Below are positions 10,982 to 18,550 of a stretch of 23,575 nucleotides of DNA, one piece after another. Position numbers and translations under genes: made by a program. The notes under the pieces were generated by a model. It did no database searches, had not been told where the DNA came from, and saw only the letters and a list, made by a program, of their open reading frames with translations. The stretch is from the NCBI GenBank assembly GCA_046533775.1, contig JAWDOO010000008.1, forward strand, positions 1 through 23,575, given 5' to 3'. Each line of letters opens with the position of its first letter. Position 1 is the first letter of the stretch. This stretch comes from Candidatus Nanopusillus sp. (GTDB lineage: Archaea > Nanobdellota > Nanobdellia > Nanobdellales > Nanobdellaceae).

Positions 10982-11098
10982 TTATAAAGCTCTCATTCTA
11001 GTTATTTTTCTTAATCTTTTTTCTTCTCTAATTCTTCTTCTCTGCCATTTCCATCTAGATCTTAAGTATTTTTTCCATCTCCTTGAACTTCTCCTCAT
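10982..11098 (-). CDS. rpl41e: Ribosomal protein eL41 (L41e), 38 aa
   Basis: Below the ORF-track size cutoff. Hand translation gives MRRSSRRWKKYLRSRWKWQRRRIREEKRLRKITRMRAL followed by a stop codon. The RSSRRWKK...RWKW...RR.R..KR.RK pattern matches archaeal L41e sequences as I remember them. Confidence 0.7.
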   Translation of the reverse strand: MRRSSRRWKKYLRSRWKWQRRRIREEKRLRKITRMRAL

Positions 11099-11130
11099 TC
11101 AAAATAATAAATGACAATAATATTTTTAAA

Positions 11131-12111
11131 TTATGATAGATTTGCTATACCATCTATGAATCCAAGTATAAGACCTAAGGAAATTAATAAAAATCCAACC
11201 CATCTTGGTATTCTTCTTTTATATGAAGATATATATAAAATTATGACAGAAATTAATAAAACTAAAAATGATGAAATAATTGGTATAATATCTTGACTAG
11301 AAAATTTTATTGGAGATATCATTCCAAGAATTCCTGTAAATATTGTAAATTCTGATATTTCTTCTCCTGATATTGATGCTATACTAATATTAAGATTCTT
11401 CTTTTTAAACCAAGAAAAATGACCATATAATATATCTGGTAATGTAAATAAAATTATGGATATTATATAACCAATTAATGGTATAGAAAGATTTAATTCC
11501 TGTAAAGTATTTGAAATATTATTTAATATATTTCCACCAATATATATTATTGATATTGCTAGAGCAACTTCTAAAGAAAAAACCGTTGCCTTAAAATATT
11601 CATAAAATGAACTTTTTGGTATATATATATTTTTTTCACTTTTTCTTCTATATTTATATAATAAAAATATGGAAATTATAATAAATATGATGTATAAAAT
11701 AGATCCAGAAATAAAATTTATTTGTTTAAATATTAATACAATAACTTGTGCCATTATTGAAATCATAATTAAGGAAAGTACATTGCTATCGAGTATTCCT
11801 TTCTCAAAATTAAATGCTAATATAAAAGTACCTAAGGTAATTGTATAATCTAATACTACATTATATAATTGAAAATAATATCCTAGTTTTGGGTCTCCAT
11901 TCAATGTTACTACTAAACCTGGTAGAAAAGATTGTAAAGCAGAAGCCATTCCTGCTGTATATATTAATAAATAATGTTCTGGCCATGAAGAATAATACTT
12001 TGAATATTTTCCAATATACTTTAATATAATGTTTTCAGATAAATATATTAGAAAAGCATATATAAGTAAGGGTATAAGAACTGATATGATGATTATTAAG
12101 TAATTTATCAT
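11131..12111 (-). CDS. Polytopic membrane protein, distantly CaCA (Na+/Ca2+ exchanger, YrbG/NCX_Mj)-like
   Basis: 326-aa ORF with ~10 hydrophobic segments. Two candidate alpha-repeat remnants are present (ALQSFLPGLVVT; ILFTLPDILYG). The C-terminal segment YKRRIPRWVGFLLISLGLIL resembles the NCX_Mj C-terminus (YSKIGRWQGILFLALYII, recalled from memory). Confidence 0.45.
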   Translation of the reverse strand: MINYLIIIISVLIPLLIYAFLIYLSENIILKYIGKYSKYYSSWPEHYLLIYTAGMASALQSFLPGLVVTLNGDPKLGYYFQLYNVVLDYTITLGTFILAFNFEKGILDSNVLSLIMISIMAQVIVLIFKQINFISGSILYIIFIIISIFLLYKYRRKSEKNIYIPKSSFYEYFKATVFSLEVALAISIIYIGGNILNNISNTLQELNLSIPLIGYIISIILFTLPDILYGHFSWFKKKNLNISIASISGEEISEFTIFTGILGMISPIKFSSQDIIPIISSFLVLLISVIILYISSYKRRIPRWVGFLLISLGLILGFIDGIANLS

Positions 12112-12147
12112 AAAAGATTAATAACTATCAAGATTTAATAATTTTCT

Positions 12148-12663
12148 ATGGATGACTGTGTATATTGTAAAATTGCAAATAAAACATTGCCATCTTATAT
12201 TTTATATGAAGATAATGATATAATGTGTGTATTAGATATTTTACCCCCCTCAAAAGGATCTTTTTTAATATTTCCAAAATTACATATAGAAGATTATACA
12301 AGTTTAAATGATGAAATAAATCAAAAAATGTTTACAATTTCAAAATATATATCAATAATATTAAAAAATAAATTAAAATTTGATGGATTAAATATTCTAT
12401 TATCTTCTGGAGAAACTGGACAAAAATATAAGCATATTGTTATTAATGTTATACCTAGATTTAAAGATGACAATATTAAAATATATTTTAATAGATTTAA
12501 GGAAGATCCTTCTTTTTTAGAAGAATTAAAAAATTATATAACTACAGAATTAATAAAAATGAGTCAAAATTATTTAAGTTCTGAAAAAAAGGAAGAAAGA
12601 GAAGAAATAAAAAAAGATGTAGATTATAAATTATTAAATCAGTGGTTTGAAAAAAGAATATAA
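12148..12663 (+). CDS. HIT-superfamily-like protein with a degenerate histidine triad and a Lys/Glu-rich C-terminal tail
   Basis: 171-aa ORF with a HIT-like layout: CVYCKIA...YEDNDIMCVLDILPPSKGSFLIFPKLH...GLNILLSSGETGQKYKHIVINVIPR. The expected HxHxHxx reads HIVINVI. Confidence 0.7.
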   Translation: MDDCVYCKIANKTLPSYILYEDNDIMCVLDILPPSKGSFLIFPKLHIEDYTSLNDEINQKMFTISKYISIILKNKLKFDGLNILLSSGETGQKYKHIVINVIPRFKDDNIKIYFNRFKEDPSFLEELKNYITTELIKMSQNYLSSEKKEEREEIKKDVDYKLLNQWFEKRI

Positions 12664-12686
12664 ATAAATATTTTAAAGATTATTCT

Positions 12687-14417
12687 ATGGCAGATCTTAA
12701 GGATGATATATTGAATAGTGAATATAAAGATAAAGTAATGGGAATAATGGAATTTAAAGAAAAGAATGAAAACATAATGAATTTATTGAAAGAATTAATT
12801 TATTATAGTTCAATAATGGTAAGGGATGATTTATTTGAAAAATATAAAAGAGAGATAGAAGCTTATAAACATTGGATAATAATTTTATCAGATTTTGGTT
12901 TAAGTCCAGAAGAAAAAATAAAATTGAAGACATCTTTTTTAGAAAAATATTTACAGAAAATAAAAGATGAAAAGTTGGATATATGGTTACATGTTTTATT
13001 GATTGAAGATATAAAAAATATTGCGATGGATTCAAGATTTGAATTATTAGATTTATTAGCAATTGGAAATATAATATATGATAAAGGAATATTTGAAATA
13101 TTTAGGTTAACTAGTGTTCATAAAAAATTAATAATTGATATATTACAGAAATATGTTGTTGCATATGTTTTAGCAGGATCTCAAGTAAAGGGGAGAAGTG
13201 TTGAATCTTCTGATGTAGATATATATGTTGTAATTGATGATACAGATGTTAAACAGCATACATTTGAAGAATTAAAAATAAAATTAATGGATTTAATATT
13301 AAATAAAGCAATGGAAGCCAAAATATTGGTAAACTCTAATAAAGAATTGCATCCGCAAGTTTATACTTTAACAGAATTCTGGTTGGCAATGTCAGAATCA
13401 AATCCTGTAATAATTACATTCTTAAGGGATGGAATACCATTATATGATAGAGGAATGTTTATTGCATGGAAACAATTATTATTAAAAGGAATTATAAAAC
13501 CATCGCAAGAGGCTGCTAATAAATATATAATTGCTGCAGAAAATGCATTGAAAGAGGCTAGAAATAAATTGAAAAATATTATAAATAATTTAATAATTGA
13601 AGATTTGGCAGTTGCAATGGTTACTTCTGCTCAGGCAGTAATAATGGATTCCGGTTTTTTACCAGGAGATCCAAAAGAAACTCCAGATATGTTAAAAAAA
13701 TTGTTTGTAGATAAGGGAATATTGAATATTGAATATGTAAATATATTATCTGAAGTATGGAAAATGAGAAAAGATTTTGAGCATGGTAAAGTAAATGAAT
13801 ATAAATATGAAGATTTAATGAATGTATTTGAAAAGGCTGAGAAATTTATATCTGAAATGAAAAATATAAAGCAAATTATTGATAAAGAGAATGAAAAGAA
13901 GATAATGGATAATTATATATTAATGTATGAGGAATTGAAAACAAAGTTCCAAGATTTATTTAATGTTGAATATAAAGATTATGTAAAAGAAAAAATGCCA
14001 ATAGAATATAATGGATTAGAAAATTTGGAAAATGATATTAAGAATTATAAGGAAAAGAAGTATGATATAATTGAAATGGAAAAATTAAAAGAATCTTTAT
14101 TATATCATATTAGAAATATAAGAAATTTAATTGAGAATAAGAGGGAAGAAATATTATTGAGATTTAAGTATTCAATAATCGATAAAGAAAAAAATAAAAA
14201 CTATGATCTATATTTGTCAAAATCTAAATTATATATAGTAACAGAAAATGGAATTGATATATATGATAATAATGGGAATAAAATTGGCACATTTAATGAT
14301 CCAAAATATAGAGAAGAAATGATTAAAGATATTAGCAAAGATGGTTTAAATTATTTAGATAATAATATAATTGGCATACTAAATAAAATATTTAAAGATT
14401 ATTATATATCAAAATAG
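12687..14417 (+). CDS. Large fused minimal-nucleotidyltransferase (Pol-beta superfamily) / HEPN-like protein with additional N- and C-terminal helical regions
   Basis: 576-aa ORF. The NTase signature LAGSQVKGRSVESSDVDIYVVIDD lies at nt ~13176-13230. A downstream helical domain ends in an R-x4-H motif (MRKDFEHG; R at 13767-13769, H at 13782-13784). Confidence 0.65.
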   Translation: MADLKDDILNSEYKDKVMGIMEFKEKNENIMNLLKELIYYSSIMVRDDLFEKYKREIEAYKHWIIILSDFGLSPEEKIKLKTSFLEKYLQKIKDEKLDIWLHVLLIEDIKNIAMDSRFELLDLLAIGNIIYDKGIFEIFRLTSVHKKLIIDILQKYVVAYVLAGSQVKGRSVESSDVDIYVVIDDTDVKQHTFEELKIKLMDLILNKAMEAKILVNSNKELHPQVYTLTEFWLAMSESNPVIITFLRDGIPLYDRGMFIAWKQLLLKGIIKPSQEAANKYIIAAENALKEARNKLKNIINNLIIEDLAVAMVTSAQAVIMDSGFLPGDPKETPDMLKKLFVDKGILNIEYVNILSEVWKMRKDFEHGKVNEYKYEDLMNVFEKAEKFISEMKNIKQIIDKENEKKIMDNYILMYEELKTKFQDLFNVEYKDYVKEKMPIEYNGLENLENDIKNYKEKKYDIIEMEKLKESLLYHIRNIRNLIENKREEILLRFKYSIIDKEKNKNYDLYLSKSKLYIVTENGIDIYDNNGNKIGTFNDPKYREEMIKDISKDGLNYLDNNIIGILNKIFKDYYISK

Positions 14418-14419
14418 AG

Positions 14420-14764
14420 ATGAAGGGAGTAATATTAAATTATAGGATGGGTAGGCACCATACATATCAAAATCAAGTGATAGTAAAATTTGAAAATATA
14501 AATAATAAGTATGAGGCAAGTAAATATATTGGAAAGCATATAATATGGGTAAGTCCAGGAAAGAAGATTTTTATTGGAAAAATTGTTGATATACATGGAA
14601 ATAAGGGTAATTTAAGAGTTAGATTTAATAAAGGAATACCTGGACAAGCTTTGGGGGATATTGTTTTATTAATTGATAATATAGATAAAGTAAAGGAAAT
14701 AAGGGAAAAAATAAAAAATGCAAAAGATATAAATCAAATAAAGAGTATTTTAATTAATGCTTAA
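14420..14764 (+). CDS. rpl35ae: Ribosomal protein eL33 (L35Ae) with a ~25-aa C-terminal extension
   Basis: 114-aa ORF: MKGVILNYRMGRHHTYQNQVIVKFE...ASKYIGKHIIW...GKIVDIHGNKGNLRVRFNKGIPGQALGD matches the L35Ae family pattern. Confidence 0.85.
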   Translation: MKGVILNYRMGRHHTYQNQVIVKFENINNKYEASKYIGKHIIWVSPGKKIFIGKIVDIHGNKGNLRVRFNKGIPGQALGDIVLLIDNIDKVKEIREKIKNAKDINQIKSILINA

Positions 14765-15422
14765 ATTTACTGGAACCGAAGGTTTAATATTTTTTAATAA
14801 AATTTTAGTTATTTCTGATCTACATATTGGGATAGAAAGGGAATTATATAAAAAGGGAATAAATATTCCTTCCCAAGTAAATTATTATATAAATAAAATA
14901 AAGAAAATTTATGAAAAATATAAAATAAAGTATTTAATAATTGATGGAGATTTAAAACATAACATACCTGAAACAAGTTTACAAGAAATGTCAGATATTC
15001 CATACTTTATAAATGAAATTTCTCAATATTTCAAGAAAATATATATAATAAAGGGGAATCATGACGGAGATATTGAAGAATTAATTAATGGAATAAATAA
15101 TGTTAAAATTTTGAAGGCATTAAAAATAAAAAATGTTGTATTTACTCATGGAAATTTAAATACAAGATTAAATGGAAAATATTATGTTATTGGGCATCAT
15201 CATTTTGCAAAAAGTATTTCTACAAGTATTGGAGAAAGTATATATGAAAAAGTTTTTGTAATTGGATATAAAGATAATAAAGTAATTATATTTTTACCTG
15301 CATTTTCTGATTTAGCTGGATTATGGGAAGTTGGAGAATTTCAAGGCCCAATTGCAAAGGGAATAAAAAAATATGAAGTATATACTCTAGATGGAATTTT
15401 AATTGAAGAAAAGGAAATTTAA
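14757..15422 (+). CDS. Calcineurin-like metallophosphoesterase (SbcD/Mre11-related, Lhr-associated MPE type)
   Basis: 221-aa ORF that overlaps the eL33 stop codon by 8 nt. The motifs appear in the expected order: ISDLHIG, IDGDLKHN, IKGNHD, FTHGN, IGHHH. Confidence 0.8.
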   Translation: MLKFTGTEGLIFFNKILVISDLHIGIERELYKKGINIPSQVNYYINKIKKIYEKYKIKYLIIDGDLKHNIPETSLQEMSDIPYFINEISQYFKKIYIIKGNHDGDIEELINGINNVKILKALKIKNVVFTHGNLNTRLNGKYYVIGHHHFAKSISTSIGESIYEKVFVIGYKDNKVIIFLPAFSDLAGLWEVGEFQGPIAKGIKKYEVYTLDGILIEEKEI

Positions 15423-15679
15423 AAATTTTAATATTTTATATTAATCCATTTTATTTATTAAATTAATTTATTTTCTAAGATTATTTTCATTTTAATTAAT
15501 TTATGTAAATAATTGAAATTCTTCTTTATCGTGTTATTTCTAATTCTTATTATTAGATTTTCTACTAATTTTTTCATTATATAAATTAATAATCCTTTTA
15601 ATTATTTATTCTTCTTGTTGTATTTCTGTTGCTTAAGTATAACTTTAAAAAAGAATGTATTCAAATATATAAATTATCT

Positions 15680-16831
15680 ATGACATATAAACTTAATAAA
15701 AAAGTAGAAGAATTATTCTTTGAAAGATTCAAAGATTTTAATCCAATTCAAAAAATAGCAATTCCTGAAATATTAAATGGAAATAATACTTTAATTGTTG
15801 CACCTACAGGATCTGGAAAAACAGAGGCTGCAATATTACCAGTATTTTCAAAAATATTGGAATTAAAGGAAAAAGGAATTGAAAATCAATTATTAGGAAT
15901 TTATATATCTCCATTAAGGGCATTGAATAGAGATTTATTGGATAGAATAAAATGGTGGTGTGATAATTTAGGAATAACTGTTGCAGTAAGACATGGAGAT
16001 ACAGAAGAGAAAGAAAGGGCTAGATTATCCAAAAAACCTGTAGAATTTTTAATAACAACGCCAGAAACTTTCCAAATATTATTTTTAGGAAAAAGATTAA
16101 GGGAACAATTAAAAACATTAAAATATATTATTATAGATGAATTACATGAATTATTGAATGAAAAAAGAGGAATACAACTATCTTTAGGTTTAGAAAGATT
16201 GGTAAATTATGCTGGAGAATTTCAAAGGATTGCATTATCTGCAACAATAGGAGATTTGGATGAAGCTGCAAAATTTATTTTTGGATATAGGAATTATAAA
16301 ATTGCATATTGGTATTCAGAGAAAAAATATCATATAGAAGTATATTATCCAGAAATTGGTGAAGAAGATTTGGAATTATCAAGGAAATATAATTGGAATC
16401 CAAAAATAGCATGGAGTTTAAGAAAAATAAAGGAAATATTGGATAAACATAGATCTGTAATAATATTTGTAAATACTAGAGAAATGGCAGAATTATTGTC
16501 TTCAAGATTTAAGGTTTGGTTACCTGAATATAAGATTGAAATACATCATAGTTCTTTATCAAGAGAAGTAAGGGAAAGAAATGAAAAATTATTTAAGGAA
16601 GGGAAAATTAAAGCAATTATTGCGACATCTTCTTTAGAACTTGGTATAGATATTGGATATGTTGATGCTGTTATTCAATATAATTCACCCAGACAGGTTA
16701 CAAGGTTAATACAAAGGATTGGAAGAGCAGGTCATAGATTACATGAGGTATCTATTGGATATATAATTACAACAGATATAGACGATTATGCAGAAAGTTT
16801 AGCAATTAAAAAGTTTATATTGGAAAAATAA
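15680..16831 (+). CDS. lhr: Lhr-type superfamily-2 DEAH helicase, RecA1-RecA2 core only (no winged-helix or domain-4 region)
   Basis: Motif I APTGSGKTEAA, Ia/Ib YISPLRALNRD, motif II IIDELH, motif III LSATIGD, motif VI QRIGRAGH. I prefer the ATG at 15680 (MTYKLNKK...). The ORF track starts at an upstream TTG at 15629. Confidence 0.8.
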   Translation: MTYKLNKKVEELFFERFKDFNPIQKIAIPEILNGNNTLIVAPTGSGKTEAAILPVFSKILELKEKGIENQLLGIYISPLRALNRDLLDRIKWWCDNLGITVAVRHGDTEEKERARLSKKPVEFLITTPETFQILFLGKRLREQLKTLKYIIIDELHELLNEKRGIQLSLGLERLVNYAGEFQRIALSATIGDLDEAAKFIFGYRNYKIAYWYSEKKYHIEVYYPEIGEEDLELSRKYNWNPKIAWSLRKIKEILDKHRSVIIFVNTREMAELLSSRFKVWLPEYKIEIHHSSLSREVRERNEKLFKEGKIKAIIATSSLELGIDIGYVDAVIQYNSPRQVTRLIQRIGRAGHRLHEVSIGYIITTDIDDYAESLAIKKFILEK

Positions 16832-16835
16832 ATTA

Positions 16836-18134
16836 TTAATAACGAGTTTTTAATTCTTCTAAAAATTTTATTCTTTCATCAACTGAATCTAATTCTCTTT
16901 TTATAAATTTTTCTAATTCGTCAGGTTTGATATGAGCAATTAAAATGCTCCAAAGTCTTGAGCTAATCTTTTTTTTAAGTGTAGTTTCATATTTATGAAA
17001 CATCTGCAATAATAATGTTTTTGCTTTATTGTATTCATTTAGTGTGTCGTTTATACTTTCTAATATTTGGTTTTTATATCCCAAAGCTTTTTTATGCTCA
17101 TCATCTAATATCTGCTGAAGTTCCGATATAACTTTTTTATCTATATTGGAATCTTTATCAAGTTCTTTAATTTGGTTTAATACATCATAATAAAGTTCTT
17201 CTATTGATCGGATTTTTCGTAATTTTTCTATATCTTCTATATCAGTATTTTTTTTCTTATCTAATTCATCTAAAAAAGCATTTAGTTTATTTTTTTGCTC
17301 TTCTTTCAAATTACTCATAATTTTATTTAAAGTTTCTTCATATCTATTTCTTAACCCACTAAAAAATGCAACATGATCCATTTTTATATAATATAAAGTA
17401 TCATTAAATTTCTTATCTGCAGTCTCAAGAGCCTTGCTTAATTCTTCATAAAGGTTATAGTTTTCTTTTAATACATTTAATAGTTCTGATATATTCCTTA
17501 CATCTACTTTAGAAAGATTTCTTTTATTCTCTAATTCTTCTAATTCTTCCATTGTCTTTAAGAGACTTTTTTTTACATCAGCTTCAAAAGATTTAGTTGC
17601 ATAATGAAAGCTTTTTCCATAAGAAATAGCAGCTCTTCCAAAGAAAAATAAGGCTACTAATGCGAGTACTAATAAAATAAATCCATAAAGATTAAGTAAA
17701 AATGGTATAGCATAACCTATTGATATTGCAGAAAATATGCTTAGAATAAATATAAATAATATTTTTGCTTTTTTCATCGTTTCACTTTCAGATATATTAG
17801 CTCCTTTTATTTTTTGCATAAATATTTCAAAGAGAAATGCATATATTGCAACAAAGAATAAAGTAACTATTAAAAATGTTATAATAGTCCAAACATAAGA
17901 TGGTATTCCATTAATAGATATAAAACTAGCTAAAGATTGACCCGCAGTTGAATAACCATTAATTGAAGAGTTAATAATCCATTGGATAATAGAATTTGAT
18001 TCTAAACTACTTATTGCTGCATTGTTTTGTGCAGATGTTCCTTGGGAATATACTGAATAAATAAATCCTATTAAGAATGGGACAGTAAATATAGCTATTA
18101 GTAACTTCTTATTAATATTTTTTATACCCTCCAT
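16836..18134 (-). CDS. Membrane-anchored coiled-coil protein, cassette copy 1 (unknown family)
   Basis: 432-aa ORF. It has an N-terminal signal-like helix ending VYSQG, a Ser/Asn-rich ~45-aa segment, three further hydrophobic helices, and then ~260 aa of Lys/Glu/Leu-rich helical sequence. Confidence 0.7.
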   Translation of the reverse strand: MEGIKNINKKLLIAIFTVPFLIGFIYSVYSQGTSAQNNAAISSLESNSIIQWIINSSINGYSTAGQSLASFISINGIPSYVWTIITFLIVTLFFVAIYAFLFEIFMQKIKGANISESETMKKAKILFIFILSIFSAISIGYAIPFLLNLYGFILLVLALVALFFFGRAAISYGKSFHYATKSFEADVKKSLLKTMEELEELENKRNLSKVDVRNISELLNVLKENYNLYEELSKALETADKKFNDTLYYIKMDHVAFFSGLRNRYEETLNKIMSNLKEEQKNKLNAFLDELDKKKNTDIEDIEKLRKIRSIEELYYDVLNQIKELDKDSNIDKKVISELQQILDDEHKKALGYKNQILESINDTLNEYNKAKTLLLQMFHKYETTLKKKISSRLWSILIAHIKPDELEKFIKRELDSVDERIKFLEELKTRY

Positions 18135-18229
18135 TTTATTATATGAATTTGTTAAAATTTATAAATTATTTCCTTACAATTATAACAAAAAAGGAATAAA
18201 TATAAAAAATTAAATAAATAAATAAAAAG

Positions 18230-18346
18230 TTATAATGTGCTATCTTTATATTTATTCAAGGATGTTTTCTTCATAACTTCTTTTATTTCTAAAGCTTTTT
18301 CCAATGCTAGATTTAATGCATCATTTAATTCTTTATTAGAAATTTC
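18230..18346 (-). pseudogene. Remnant copy of the rrp41 3' end (last ~38 codons plus stop codon), with no start codon
   Basis: 18281-18346 matches 19973-20038 at 64 of 66 nt. In the same frame the copy reads EISNKELNDALNLALEKALEIKEVMKKTSLNKYKDSTL then a stop codon, versus EISNKELNDALNLALEKALEIKNLMRNNILNHLSSDNFVY then a stop codon in genuine rrp41. An in-frame stop codon lies upstream of the fragment. Confidence 0.8.
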
Positions 18347-18351
18347 GTATT

Positions 18352-18399
18352 TCTCTAGGTTTAGAAAGATTGGTAAATTATGATGGGAATTTCAAAGGA
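18352..18399 (+). pseudogene. Remnant copy of an internal lhr segment (codons SLGLERLVNYAGEFQR), frameshifted
   Basis: 18352-18399 matches 16181-16229 with 2 mismatches and a 1-nt deletion. The reading frame terminates a few codons later. Confidence 0.75.
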
Positions 18400-18550
18400 A
18401 GAGATCTTCTTTAATATTTGGGAAATGAAAAATTAACATGTCTTTTGTAAAGTTTATTTAGGTCTTTTAGATTATCTGTAAGATAGTGAGATGAATCTTA
18501 TTAATAGACCCTTCTAAAGATTTAATTCTCTTAAATACAATTTCATCATT

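Noticed and set aside
15458-15577. 39-codon minus-strand ORF (MKKLVENLIIRIRNNTIKKNFNYLHKLIKMKIILENKLI) in the unusually long 257-nt spacer between the MPE and lhr genes
   Set aside because: It has no recognisable motif and its composition is typical of AT-rich noise. I would keep it only as a candidate if it is conserved in relatives or supported by ribosome profiling.
15629-15679. TTG start proposed for the Lhr ORF at 15629
   Set aside because: An in-frame ATG at 15680 gives an N-terminus (MTYKLNKKVEELFFERF...) at the usual distance from motif Q/I. The extra 17 codons have no support, although the TTG start cannot be excluded without 5' end data.
18400-18550. Remainder of the spacer between the scar and the second cassette gene, checked for a further lhr-derived pseudogene or a small gene
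   Set aside because: Only a weak possible continuation of lhr homology for a few codons after the frameshift (SLIFGK versus SATIGD). After that there is no convincing similarity and no ORF with a start codon.
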